Shown here: positions 20,941 to 33,812 of the stretch, piece by piece
Layout: the number at the start of each line of letters is the position of its first letter
Position numbering within the stretch: position 1 is the first letter of the stretch
Source: an uncultured Gemmatimonadales bacterium
GTDB lineage: Bacteria; Gemmatimonadota; Gemmatimonadetes; Gemmatimonadales; GWC2-71-9
Direction of reading: 5' to 3'
Length of the DNA stretch: 64,000 bases
Assembly: GCA_963825055.1 (NCBI GenBank)
Contig: CAWGSK010000012.1
Location: 448,001-512,000 of the forward strand
Program-made: the position numbers and the translations under genes
Notes under the pieces: model-generated
What the model saw: the letters and a program-made list of their open reading frames with translations, nothing else
Database searches by the model: none
What the model was told of the DNA's origin: nothing

Positions 20941-21479
20941 TGCCCCGGCAGCGGCTGGGCGCCGCCCTCCGTCCCACGAGGCTGGTTCACGACGAAGTTG
21001 GTGAAATTCATGTCGGAACGAAATCCGTTGCCGCGGATAAGGTTGCCCCGGTCATTGAACGTGAACGGCTGGTTACTGGTGATCTGCTCCGAATGCGGCT
21101 CGTAATTGAGCACCGTGGTGCGGAGGACACGCCCGCCGTCCTGCGACCGGCCCACAACGGTGCCGCGCGCGGTCATCGCCCCGTCCTGCCAGTGGTAATC
21201 GCCCGAATCCGCGGTCAGGATGGACGTCACCTCGCCCGCATCGCCGTAAAAGGTCACATTGAGCCCGATCATCCGGACCGTCTGGGTCGGTTCGTAGAAG
21301 TAGGCGGTATCGGCCTCGACAAAGCTCCGCCGGATCCCGTCCTGCGTGATCGAGTGCTGCATCGCGTAGAGGATCTGGTCCGCGGTATCCGAGGTGACGA
21401 CGGTCTGCGTCGGCTGGACGCCACGCTCCTGGCACGCCGCGAGGACGGCACACGCCAGCAGCAGGGAGAGGGGCCTCAC
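20937..21479 (-). CDS. lptC: LPS export periplasmic protein LptC
   Basis: Lipobox LAAC, LTADSG and IRGNGFRSD; kdsD-lptC-lptA-lptB synteny. Confidence 0.82.
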   Translation of the reverse strand: MRPLSLLLACAVLAACQERGVQPTQTVVTSDTADQILYAMQHSITQDGIRRSFVEADTAYFYEPTQTVRMIGLNVTFYGDAGEVTSILTADSGDYHWQDGAMTARGTVVGRSQDGGRVLRTTVLNYEPHSEQITSNQPFTFNDRGNLIRGNGFRSDMNFTNFVVNQPRGTEGGAQPLPGQ

Positions 21480-22441
21480 ACCGCCCCCGCCCGCATGAGG
21501 TCATGCAGGTGCACGACGCCCTCGACCCGGCCGGTTTCGTCCACCACCGGGAGGGCCATGATCCCGTGGTGCTCCATCACCCCGACGGCGGAGGCGGCCA
21601 GATCGTCCCCGCGGGCGGTGCGCGGCGTGCGGGTCATGACATCCCGCACCGGAACCTGCAGGAACTCGCCCTGCCGCTCGGCGAGGCGTGTCAGGTCTCC
21701 GGCGGTGACCACGCCGACCAGGCTCCCATCTTCGACTACCGGGACCAGGCCGCGGTGACGCGCGAGCGCGACCACGATCCGGTCCATCCGGACGGCCGGA
21801 CCTTCCGCGCCGACGTTGGTGACCATGACGTCCCGGACCCGGAGGGTAAGCTTGACCCCGATCTGTCCACCCGGATGGAGGGCGGCGAAGTCCTCGCGCC
21901 GGAATCCCTTCCGCTCGAGCAGGACCACGGCCAGCGCGTCGCCGAGGGCGAGCGCGACGGTCGTGCTCGCGGTGGGCGCCAGGTCGTGCGGACAGGCCTC
22001 TTCCGTCACGGAGGCATCGAGCGTAACGGTGGCAAGCCGAGCCAGCACGGAGTCGGACCTGCCCGTGAGGGCGATGATCGGGACCCGCATGCGCTGCAGG
22101 GACTCGAGCAGGCCGAAGAGCTCCTGGGACTCCCCGCTCTTGCTCAGGATGATGGCGACATCGTCCCGGCCGACCATTCCGAGGTCGCCATGCAGGCTGT
22201 CCACCGGGTGCAGGTAACTCGCGGGAGTGCCTGTGGACGTGAGAGTGGCAGCGATCTTCCGCCCGATCAGGCCCGATTTCCCCACCCCGGAGACGATGAT
22301 CCGCCCGCGGGCACCGGCGAGGAGCTCCACCGCACGGCCGAATTCCGCGCCGATCCGTCCGGCGCACGCGGAGAGCTGGGCCGCCTCCAGCGCCAGGACC
22401 CTGCGGCCCTGGTCGGTGGCGGTCATCGCCTCATGCGGCAT
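21476..22441 (-). CDS. kdsD: arabinose-5-phosphate isomerase (KpsF/GutQ, SIS + CBS)
   Basis: GVGKSG, HGDLG, APTASTT, HPGG and a CBS pair; start at 22441 or 22426. Confidence 0.93.
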   Translation of the reverse strand: MPHEAMTATDQGRRVLALEAAQLSACAGRIGAEFGRAVELLAGARGRIIVSGVGKSGLIGRKIAATLTSTGTPASYLHPVDSLHGDLGMVGRDDVAIILSKSGESQELFGLLESLQRMRVPIIALTGRSDSVLARLATVTLDASVTEEACPHDLAPTASTTVALALGDALAVVLLERKGFRREDFAALHPGGQIGVKLTLRVRDVMVTNVGAEGPAVRMDRIVVALARHRGLVPVVEDGSLVGVVTAGDLTRLAERQGEFLQVPVRDVMTRTPRTARGDDLAASAVGVMEHHGIMALPVVDETGRVEGVVHLHDLMRAGAV

Positions 22442-22977
22442 CGTCGCCCCGCTCGCGCACGAAGCGCTCGACGGCCGCATCCCACTCTCCGCGGGCACGA
22501 AGTATCGCCTCGATGGCCTCGCGCACCGCGCCGTACCCGCCGGCGAGGCGGGTCACCCACGCGGCGGCTTCCCGGATCTCGGGCACGGCGTTGGCCACGG
22601 CGATCGGCAGCCCGACCCTCCGCATGAGCGGGAGGTCCGCGAGATCGTCGCCCATGAACGCAACGTCCTCCCAGGCGAGCCCGCGGCGGGCGAGCAGTTG
22701 TTCCATCGGGCCGAGCTTTGCGGCGCCCTGCACCTGGAGGACCTCCTCGATGCGAAGCTCTTGCGCGCGCAGCGTGGTGGCCTCGGAATGCCTGCCGCTC
22801 AGCCAGAAGACCGGAATGCCGGCCCCCCGCAGTATCCCGATTCCCAGTCCATCCTGGATGTCGAATCGCTTGAACTCCACGCGCGCGCCGTCCACCCGGC
22901 CCAGGAACACGGCATTGTCGGTCAGGACGCCATCGACGTCGAGGCCGAGGATCCTGACGGCCCGGGCGAGTGCCGGG

Positions 22978-22985
<8 letters not shown>
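22431..22985 (-). CDS. kdsC: KDO-8-phosphate phosphatase (HAD)
   Basis: DVDGVLTD, FDIQDG, GDDLAD and GGYGAVRE motifs. Confidence 0.92.
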
Positions 22986-26202
<3,217 letters not shown>

Positions 26203-26207
26203 AACAA

Positions 26208-26236
26208 AAGGTAATAGCGGCCCGGCGGCCTGTCAA
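26208..26236 (-). promoter_or_regulatory. sigma70-type promoter of the kdsB operon
   Basis: On the - strand: TTGACA, 17 bp, TACCTT, ending 5 nt before the kdsB GTG. Confidence 0.75.
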
Positions 26237-26298
26237 AATTTGTGCCGCGCCTTCTCAGGGGGCTTGACGCGAGCGCTATCGGGTTTTAGAGCAACAAC

Positions 26299-26913
26299 TT
26301 AGGCAGGTAGTCCGGCGGGGGGTGCCAAGGGGCTTCGGGCCAGGCGAAGGAAGCTTTCGATGAGGGCCCGGCCCCCCTCTGACGCGATGGACTCCGGGTG
26401 GAACTGAACCCCGTGGACTGGGGCGTTCCGGTGGCTCACCGCCATGATTTCGCTCCGGGGTTCACGGTCGCCGGCCCAGGCCGTCACTTCAAGTTCCGCA
26501 GGAAGGGAGTCAGGCGCCACGACGAGGGAATGATACCGCATCACTTCGAGCGGATCAGCCAGACCCGCGAACAGCCCTGCGCCCGAATGGTGGATACCTG
26601 TCGTCTTGCCGTGCATGAGCCGGTCCGCCCGCACGATGCGCCCGCCGAGCGCCTCGGCGATGGCCTGATGGCCCAGGCAGACACCAAGAAGTGGAATCCG
26701 GCGGCCCAGCGCTCCCAGTACCAGCGGGATCGAGATGCCGGCCCGGTCCGGCGTGCCGGGACCGGGAGAGATGATAATGGCATCCGCCATCCCCAGGGCC
26801 TCATCCACGCTGATCGCATCATTCCGACGGACGACCGGCGTGGCGCCGAGTTCACCAGCGAGCTGAACCAGGTTCCAGGTAAAGCTGTCGTAGTTGTCGA
26901 GGACGAGCAGCAT
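26299..26913 (-). CDS. anthranilate/aminodeoxychorismate synthase glutamine amidotransferase (TrpG/PabA)
   Basis: DNYDSFT, SPGPG, GVCLGHQ, RYHSL and QFHPES motifs. Confidence 0.93.
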   Translation of the reverse strand: MLLVLDNYDSFTWNLVQLAGELGATPVVRRNDAISVDEALGMADAIIISPGPGTPDRAGISIPLVLGALGRRIPLLGVCLGHQAIAEALGGRIVRADRLMHGKTTGIHHSGAGLFAGLADPLEVMRYHSLVVAPDSLPAELEVTAWAGDREPRSEIMAVSHRNAPVHGVQFHPESIASEGGRALIESFLRLARSPLAPPAGLPA

Positions 26914-27651
26914 TCAGGGTTTCTGGCCCGGTACGGGAGGAGGCGCAGGGGGGCCTCCCTGGCGGACGCGGCGGACCGAGTCGGCCAGACGGGTCGCCTG
27001 ACGGAGCGCGGAATCCGCCGATTGCATGGCGGAATCGACATGCCGGTTGATGGCGTTGGTCAGGGAGTCCGTATCGATCGCGCCGACCGGCCGGTCCGGC
27101 GTGGGGCGGTCCTGGAACTCCGCGATGTCCGAGGGAGTGAGCATGAGCGGGAACTCCCTGTCTCCCACCACCACGACGCCGAACGGCTCGAGGGCCGGCG
27201 CGGCGGGTGCTTCAGCTACGGTCACGCCTGCCCCGGACGAGTCCCTGGTCCCGGCGTGCGCGGCTGGAGCCGGAGCGACGGCGGCGGCGCTGTCCGTCCG
27301 CAGGCATTCGAACGTGCTCGTCTCGTCGAGCTCGGTGACGCGGTGGCCGGCGAGCACACACCCGTCGAGACGCTCGGGACCGATGCCGGAGTCCAGCTTC
27401 GCCACGAGGCGCAGGCTGGTGATAACTTTGGGGGCACTCCGCTCCAGGGTGACTCGTTCGATCGAACCCAGGCGCTCCCCGTCGACCTTGAAGGGAAGGA
27501 TGCCGAAGGGCAGCGGGATGGTGATGTTACCCGAGCCCTCGGTGATTTCACGGACGCCGTGCGACGCCCGGCGGATGCCGGTCACCGCAAGCATGCCCAC
27601 GACGAAGATGGCCAGGGCTCCGAGGATGATCTTCAGCCAGTAAGTACGCAT
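26914..27651 (-). CDS. hypothetical protein with an N-terminal TM anchor
   Basis: Fills the gap next to trpG/pabA; hydrophobic N-terminal helix; no family recognised. Confidence 0.65.
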   Translation of the reverse strand: MRTYWLKIILGALAIFVVGMLAVTGIRRASHGVREITEGSGNITIPLPFGILPFKVDGERLGSIERVTLERSAPKVITSLRLVAKLDSGIGPERLDGCVLAGHRVTELDETSTFECLRTDSAAAVAPAPAAHAGTRDSSGAGVTVAEAPAAPALEPFGVVVVGDREFPLMLTPSDIAEFQDRPTPDRPVGAIDTDSLTNAINRHVDSAMQSADSALRQATRLADSVRRVRQGGPPAPPPVPGQKP

Positions 27652-27797
27652 GGAACGGGTTTCCCGTCTTGGGTTGTGCGGGTCGTGGCGACCCGAGTCG
27701 TTTCATACCGTGACGTCAGAACGGGGCCTGCGGTTTCACCCCATCACCGCGCCGGAGACGCCGCGACGTCTCAGGTCGCTATTGGTAAGATACTGCC

Positions 27798-28568
27798 ATG
27801 ACGCATGTTACGCTTTCCGGCTCCGGCTTGCTCGAGGTCCAGGGGCTTACCCGACTGTACGGTGAATTCGCCGCGGTCACCGACCTGTCGTTTTCGGTCG
27901 GCCCCGGGGAGGTCATCGGCCTCGTCGGCCCGAACGGCGCCGGCAAGACGACGACGCTCCGGAGCATTGCGGGGATTATCCCTCCGTCGGAAGGATCGAT
28001 CAGGGTTGCGGGGTATGACCTGGTCCGGAATCCACTTCCCGCCCGCCGGCGGCTCGCGTTCGTCCCCGACGAGCCGCATCTCTTCGAGTACCTGACGGTC
28101 ACGGAGCACCTGCGGTTCGTTGCCCGAATCTATCAGGTGGCCGACCCGGATACCACGATCCCGCCGCTGCTGGATGAACTGGAGCTGGTGCCGCACCGAG
28201 ACAAGCTGCCCGGCGAGCTCTCGCGCGGGATGAAGCAGAAGCTGGCCATCGCCTGCGGGCTGCTCCATGACCCCATCGTGCTCCTGTTCGACGAGCCGCT
28301 CACCGGCCTGGATCCGGTGGGTATCAGGCGGATGAAGGACACCATCCTGGCCCGGGCCCGTGCAGGCGCGGCGGTCGTACTGAGCTCCCACCTGCTGCAC
28401 CTGGTCGAGGAGTTGTGTTCATCCATTCTCGTGCTCCAGCGCGGGAGGCTGGTGGCCCACGGCACCATCGCGGACATCATCGCCGAGCGGCCGCAGCTCA
28501 CCGGGCGCGGGCTTGAGGAAGTTTTCCTCGCGCTGACGGGCGACGTGTCCGGGGATGAGCGGGCATGA
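27798..28568 (+). CDS. ABC transporter ATP-binding protein
   Basis: [24 protein letters not shown] and SSH motifs. Confidence 0.93.
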   Translation: MTHVTLSGSGLLEVQGLTRLYGEFAAVTDLSFSVGPGEVIGLVGPNGAGKTTTLRSIAGIIPPSEGSIRVAGYDLVRNPLPARRRLAFVPDEPHLFEYLTVTEHLRFVARIYQVADPDTTIPPLLDELELVPHRDKLPGELSRGMKQKLAIACGLLHDPIVLLFDEPLTGLDPVGIRRMKDTILARARAGAAVVLSSHLLHLVEELCSSILVLQRGRLVAHGTIADIIAERPQLTGRGLEEVFLALTGDVSGDERA

Positions 28569-30274
28569 ACCAGGGGCTGCTGTACCTTGGTAGCCGGACC
28601 CTGCTCAACCGCACCCGGCGGTACCTGCGTCGGCTGCGCGACCCCCGCTACGCCGTGGCGATCATTGCCGGCCTGGCTTACGTCTCCCTCTTCCTGATCC
28701 GCCAGCCGAGCCATGGCAGCGTGGCGGGGCTCCCCGAATGGCTGCCGGCGCTGGGCTCGCTGGGCCTTCTTCTCCTGCTCGCGCGATGGTGGCTCTGGGG
28801 CGGCGACCGCCTCGCCCTGGCGTTCACCGGGGCCGAGGTCCACTTCCTCTTCCCCGCCCCGATCCCCCGGCGCACCCTCCTGCACTGGAAACTGTGGCGC
28901 CCGCAGGGAGCGATTCTCCTCAATGCCATGATCTGGGTGGTGGTGTTCGGGCGCGGCCGGGGCCACTGGTTCGACCTGATTTCCTTCTGGGTCATCTTCT
29001 CCACGATCCACCTGCACCGGGTGGGCGCCGCGCTCGTGCGCGCAAGCCTGCTCGAGCATGGCGGTTCCGGCCTGCGCCGCCAGTGGCCCGCGCTCCTGCT
29101 CCTCCTCGGGGTGACGGCGGGCCTGGCGCTTGGCGTAAGCGAGGCCTGGCCGGCGTTCCAGGCAGTGAACGCCGGCGAACCGGCCGGGATCCTGCGGGCC
29201 CTGGCTGACGCCCTTTCGTCCGCACCCGCGCGCATCGTGCTGGCGCCCCTGCATCTCCTGCTGGCGCCGCTCCGGGCTCCCGCAACCTCGGAGTGGCTCC
29301 GGACCATTTGGCCCGCAGCCGTGCTTCTGGCGCTGCACTACCTGTGGGTCATGCGTTCTGATGCAGCCTTCGAGGAAGCGGCCCTGCGGGCCAGCGCCGA
29401 GCGCGCTCGGAGCCTTCGCGAACGGCCGGGCGGCTCGCCAACCGCCAGGGTGTACCACGGCCGTCCCTGGTTTCCGCTGCGACCGACCGGACCGTCGGCG
29501 GCGGCGATCGTCTGGAAGAACCTCGTCCAGGTCCAGCGGACCCTGCCGGTCCGCGCCATCACCGTCACATTCGGGGTCGTGCTCGTGGTGCTGTTTTTCG
29601 CCATGACCGGTCCCGCGGGGGAGTTTCCCACGCTGCTTGGGGCGTTCGGGGTGGGGATCACGGTGATGCTGGTCCTGTTCGGGCCCGGCAGGATCCGGAA
29701 CGACCTGCGGGGTGACCTGCCGCACCTCGCGCTCCTGCGGTGCTACCCCGTCGAACCCTGGGCCCTGGTCGGGGCGGAAGTGGCCGGCGCGGCACTCGTA
29801 TTGACTGCAGTCGAGCTGTTGGCGTTCGCGCTCTCGCTGGCGGCGTTTACGGCCGGTGGGCCCGGGTTCCTGGACGCCTCGGGCGCGATTCTGATGCTCG
29901 GAGGAGCGCTGGTTATCCTTCTGGTGTTCAACACATTCGCCATCCTGATCCAGAACGCCGGCGCCCTCCTCTTCCCCGCCTGGATACGGGTGGGCCCGTA
30001 CCGGCAGGCCGGCATCGAGGCCCTGGGCCAGCACCTGCTGACGATGACGGCCACCATCCTCCTGGTGGCCGTGTGCCTGATCCCGCCCGTAACAGCCGGT
30101 GTGGCGGGGTGGGCCCTGCTCATCGGTCGGTCTCCCGGCGCGGCCTGGGGGCTGGGTGTCGGGCTTGCCGTCCTCGCGGCGGCTGCGGAGTTCTTCCTCC
30201 TGCTGGGATGGCTCGGTGCCGTCTTCCTGCGGGCGGATCCTTCCGACATGGCTGCGCCAGAGGCGGTCGGGTGA
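28565..30274 (+). CDS. putative ABC exporter permease
   Basis: Many TM helices; EVHFLFPAPI motif; ATGA-coupled to the ATPase. Confidence 0.8.
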   Translation: MNQGLLYLGSRTLLNRTRRYLRRLRDPRYAVAIIAGLAYVSLFLIRQPSHGSVAGLPEWLPALGSLGLLLLLARWWLWGGDRLALAFTGAEVHFLFPAPIPRRTLLHWKLWRPQGAILLNAMIWVVVFGRGRGHWFDLISFWVIFSTIHLHRVGAALVRASLLEHGGSGLRRQWPALLLLLGVTAGLALGVSEAWPAFQAVNAGEPAGILRALADALSSAPARIVLAPLHLLLAPLRAPATSEWLRTIWPAAVLLALHYLWVMRSDAAFEEAALRASAERARSLRERPGGSPTARVYHGRPWFPLRPTGPSAAAIVWKNLVQVQRTLPVRAITVTFGVVLVVLFFAMTGPAGEFPTLLGAFGVGITVMLVLFGPGRIRNDLRGDLPHLALLRCYPVEPWALVGAEVAGAALVLTAVELLAFALSLAAFTAGGPGFLDASGAILMLGGALVILLVFNTFAILIQNAGALLFPAWIRVGPYRQAGIEALGQHLLTMTATILLVAVCLIPPVTAGVAGWALLIGRSPGAAWGLGVGLAVLAAAAEFFLLLGWLGAVFLRADPSDMAAPEAVG

Positions 30275-30298
30275 CGGCGGCCGAGGACTGAGGTTCCG

Positions 30299-31204
30299 CT
30301 ACCCTCTCGGATGAAACTGCCGGTGGACCGAGCGCAGGTACTCCCGGTCAACGTGAGTGTAGAGCTGGGTCGTACTCAGGTCCGCGTGTCCCAGCATCTC
30401 CTGCACCGCCCGCAGGTCCGCGCCGCCTTCCAGGAGATGGGTCGCGAAGCTGTGCCGCAGGGTGTGCGGCGTGACCCGCTTCTCGATGCCGGCGGCCTCC
30501 GCCCACTTCCGTACGATGCCCCAGGCACCCACGCGTGAGAGCGGCTGTCCGCGGGCATTCAGGAGCAGGCGGTTCGCGCTCCGTCCGCGGTCGAGCTCAG
30601 GTCGGAGGGTGTGCAGGTACACCGAGACGACCCCGATCACCGGGCGGCCGATCGGCACGAGTCGTTCCTTCCCACCCTTTCCCATGACGCGGACGAGTGC
30701 CTCGTCCGGAAGGAAATCGCTGCGGGTAAGCCCGCAGACCTCCGACACCCGGAGCCCCGCCCCGTACGACATCTCCAGCAGGGTCCGGTCGCGCCAGGCG
30801 AGCGGTTCGTCCACGCCTGGCGCGGCGAGCAACGCCTCCACCTCCGCAACGCTCAGCACCTCCGGGAGCGTGCGGCCGAGGCGCGGCACCTCGACGCGCT
30901 CGCTGGGGTCGTGATCCACCTCCCCCTCGCCCATGAGGAAGGCGTAGTACGTTCGGATGGCGGAGACCTGCCGCCGGATGGTTGCGGGCGCCAGGCCCAG
31001 GTCCTTGAGCGAGAACACGAAGTCTCGCAGGAGCTTCGGCGTCACCCCGTCCGGCGCGGTCACGCCGTGCAGCTCGGCGAAGCGCGCCATGCGCAGGATG
31101 TCCCGCTCGTAGGCCAGCACGGTATTGGGGCTGTTACCTCCTTCCAGCGCGAGGTAGTCCTGGAAGCCCTCGACCAGGAAGGCCCGGGACAGCCGCCCGC
31201 TCAC
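30299..31204 (-). CDS. xerD: tyrosine recombinase XerD
   Basis: GLRVSE, GKGGKER, HTLRHSFATHLLEGGADLRAVQEMLGH, TTQLY and FHPR; XerC is not fully excluded. Confidence 0.85.
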   Translation of the reverse strand: MSGRLSRAFLVEGFQDYLALEGGNSPNTVLAYERDILRMARFAELHGVTAPDGVTPKLLRDFVFSLKDLGLAPATIRRQVSAIRTYYAFLMGEGEVDHDPSERVEVPRLGRTLPEVLSVAEVEALLAAPGVDEPLAWRDRTLLEMSYGAGLRVSEVCGLTRSDFLPDEALVRVMGKGGKERLVPIGRPVIGVVSVYLHTLRPELDRGRSANRLLLNARGQPLSRVGAWGIVRKWAEAAGIEKRVTPHTLRHSFATHLLEGGADLRAVQEMLGHADLSTTQLYTHVDREYLRSVHRQFHPRG

Positions 31205-32259
31205 GGCGAGCCGGCCTGGCGGAGGACACGCACGCGCCGGGCCGACTCTGCCACGTCGTCCGGATCGAGGCCGAGGAGGGTGCCGACCCGGCTCATGACC
31301 TGTTCCTCATGTGGCAGCACCCGATCGTCCGCCAGCACGAGTTCCCAGAAGTGCTCCATGAGCAGCAGGCGTTCGGACAGGAGGTAGTCGTCCCGGATCC
31401 GGCCCGCCAGCTTCGGGAAGCGGGCCGGATCGCGCAGCGACCGGAGCGGCCGGATGGCCTCGTTGAGCCCCCAGCGCTCCTCGAGATAGAGGGCGACCAG
31501 CATGGCCTCGTCGGGACTCAGGCTGGCATCTCCACTGGCCACCTCGGCGAGGAGAGTGGCGGCGGCGAGACGCGCGGTCTGTTCCTGGTTGATCGGGCCG
31601 CTGCCCCGCTGCCCGAAGGCCTGCTCGATGAGGGCCCATGCATCCGATGCGCGCCCGCGGCGGCGACGGACGATCCACCAGGCCACACCTCCAATGGCCA
31701 GTGCCCCGACCACGAGGTACAGCCCGCGGTTGAGCTCGTCGAGCACGGTCGCCATGGTGGTCCACGAGGCGCCAAGCAGCGAGGCGGCCAGAACAATCCC
31801 GCCATACCACAGCGCGGATGCGAGCGCGATCGGCCCGAGCGCCCGCAACGGACTCAGGCCGATGATCCCGGTGAACGGCGCCACGAAGGACCGCACACCC
31901 GGCAGCATCCGGGCGAGGAGGATGCCCCAGAGGCCGAACCGGAGGTATTCGCGCTCGATGAAATGCACCGCGTGCGGTGACATGAGCCGCCGCCCCAGGC
32001 CCGTACTCAGGAAGCCCTCGCCGTAGCGCCGCGCGACGCCGTACACCAGGGCCGCCCCGCCGACGTTGAAGACCCAGGTCACCAGGAAGACGACCCAGGC
32101 CGTGGTCAGGCCGCGGTGGGTGAGAAACGCCCCGAGCGCGACGACGACGTCGGCCGGGGCGGGCGGGAAGATGTTCTCGACGGTGGCAAACCCGGCGATG
32201 ACGGCGTAGACCGCGAGGGCGGGCAGGCCGGCCAGCCAGCCCAGGATGCTCTCGATCAG
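31201..32259 (-). CDS. DedA family protein with a C-terminal TerB-like domain (proposed CTG start)
   Basis: ENIFPPAPAD and ARMLPGVRSF DedA motifs; C-terminal LLAEVASGD...LADDRVLPHEEQVMSRVGTLLGL. The reading frame extends 59 codons upstream of the track start. Confidence 0.8.
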   Translation of the reverse strand: MIESILGWLAGLPALAVYAVIAGFATVENIFPPAPADVVVALGAFLTHRGLTTAWVVFLVTWVFNVGGAALVYGVARRYGEGFLSTGLGRRLMSPHAVHFIEREYLRFGLWGILLARMLPGVRSFVAPFTGIIGLSPLRALGPIALASALWYGGIVLAASLLGASWTTMATVLDELNRGLYLVVGALAIGGVAWWIVRRRRGRASDAWALIEQAFGQRGSGPINQEQTARLAAATLLAEVASGDASLSPDEAMLVALYLEERWGLNEAIRPLRSLRDPARFPKLAGRIRDDYLLSERLLLMEHFWELVLADDRVLPHEEQVMSRVGTLLGLDPDDVAESARRVRVLRQAGSP

Positions 32260-32729
32260 GGCGCCTCGAGGGTCGCCACGGCCATCACCGCGACGCCCTC
32301 CCCCCGTCCGATCCAGCCCATCCCTTCATTCGTCTTCGCCTTGATGCTCACCTGTTCCGGGCTGCCGCCGAGCGCGCCGGACAGTATCCGGGACATCTCC
32401 GCCACGTGGGGGCCGAGCCGGGGGCGCTCGAGAATGACGGTGATGTCCGCCTGGTGGAAGCGGAAACCGCGGTCGCGGACACGCGTCCACGCTTCCCGCA
32501 GCAGGACGATGGAATCGGCATCCTTCCACTGCGGATCGGTGTCGGGGAACAGCAGGCCGATGTTGCCGGCGTTGGCCGCGCCTAGGATGGCGTCGGTCAG
32601 GGCGTGGGCGACGGCGTCGCCGTCGCTGTGGCCGGCCGGCCCCGTGGGCGAGGGAATGTCGCAGCCGCCCAGCCGCATGGGGCGGCCGGGCTCGAGCCGG
32701 TGCGAGTCGTAGCCGATACCGACGTGCAT
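32256..32729 (-). CDS. ispF: 2-C-methyl-D-erythritol 2,4-cyclodiphosphate synthase
   Basis: GIGYDSH, GHSDGD, FPDTD and IKAKTNE motifs. Confidence 0.96.
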   Translation of the reverse strand: MHVGIGYDSHRLEPGRPMRLGGCDIPSPTGPAGHSDGDAVAHALTDAILGAANAGNIGLLFPDTDPQWKDADSIVLLREAWTRVRDRGFRFHQADITVILERPRLGPHVAEMSRILSGALGGSPEQVSIKAKTNEGMGWIGRGEGVAVMAVATLEAP

Positions 32730-32748
32730 GCCCTGGGGAGTGCCGCCC

Positions 32749-33810
32749 TCAGGCGGCGGCGCCGGCGGGTTCGGCGATGATGGAATAGTCCTGCCGGCGA
32801 CGGCGCGGCTCGTAGCCAGCGTCCCGGATGGAGCGATCCATCTCCTCCAGCGTGGCGCGGTGGGTCGTGCCCGCGGCGGACACCACGTTCTCTTCCATCA
32901 TCAGGCTGCCGAAATCATTCGCCCCGAACCGCAGGGCGACCTGTCCCACCTTGAGCCCCATTGTGACCCACGAGGACTGCAGGTTCGGCACATTGTCGCA
33001 GATGATCCGGCCCATGGCGAGTGTCCGGAGGTAGGTCACCGCGTCGGTCTTCGGCATGTGCGCCATGGCCGTGCCTTCCGGCTGCAGCGGCCAGCAGATG
33101 AACGCAGTGAACCCGCCGGTGCGCGCCTGGACGTCCCGGATCCTGAGCAGGTGCTCGATCCGGTCGGCGTTCGACTCACCGAGGCCATACATCATCGTGA
33201 CCGACGTCTTCATGCCCTGGCGATGGGCTTCCTCCTGCACGCCGAGCCATTCGTCGGTCTGGGCTTTCTTCTTCGCGACCTGCTCCCGGATCCGGTCGAC
33301 CAGGATCTCGCCGCCACCGCCGGGAATGCTGTCGAGGCCGGCCTCGCGCAGCTCGCGCACCACCTCGGGGACGGTCAGCCCGAACCGGTTGGCGAAGAAC
33401 ACCACCTCCGAGGGCGAGAAACCGTGGATATGGATCGGGTGATGCTCCTTGATGTATCGCATGAGGTCCAGGTACCACTCGAAGGGGATGTACGGGTTGT
33501 GCCCCCCCTGAAGCAGGATCTGGACCCCGCCAATGGCCTTGCATTCGTCAATCTTGCGGCCGATCTCCTCATAGCTCAGGACGTAGCCTTCGAGGTCCTT
33601 GGGCCGGCGGTAAAACGCGCAGAACTTGCAGTCGGCGACGCAGACGTTCGTGTAGTTGATATTCCGGTCGATGATGTACGTGACCGCGTTCTCCGGGTGC
33701 TGCCGCCAGCGCTCGGCGTCGGCGAGGCGCCCCAGTTCGAGCAGGTCGGCCCGCTCGTACAGTTCGAGCCAGTTCCGGAATTCGGCTGAGGTACGGTCAA
33801 TCTGGGTCAT
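32749..33810 (-). CDS. mqnC: cyclic dehypoxanthine futalosine synthase (radical SAM)
   Basis: RNINYTNVCVADCKFC, IPGGGGEIL, QSSWVT and DFGSLMMEENVV; mqn cluster context. Confidence 0.9.
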   Translation of the reverse strand: MTQIDRTSAEFRNWLELYERADLLELGRLADAERWRQHPENAVTYIIDRNINYTNVCVADCKFCAFYRRPKDLEGYVLSYEEIGRKIDECKAIGGVQILLQGGHNPYIPFEWYLDLMRYIKEHHPIHIHGFSPSEVVFFANRFGLTVPEVVRELREAGLDSIPGGGGEILVDRIREQVAKKKAQTDEWLGVQEEAHRQGMKTSVTMMYGLGESNADRIEHLLRIRDVQARTGGFTAFICWPLQPEGTAMAHMPKTDAVTYLRTLAMGRIICDNVPNLQSSWVTMGLKVGQVALRFGANDFGSLMMEENVVSAAGTTHRATLEEMDRSIRDAGYEPRRRRQDYSIIAEPAGAAA

Positions 33811-33812
33811 GG

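Noticed and set aside
26264..26292. Antisense promoter (TTGACG-17-TAGAGC) pointing into the trpG/pabA 3' end
   Set aside because: The -10 lacks the conserved final T, and nothing else supports it.
30299..31204. Phage or island integrase
   Set aside because: The sequence has housekeeping Xer motifs and sits in a core operon with no mobile genes around it.
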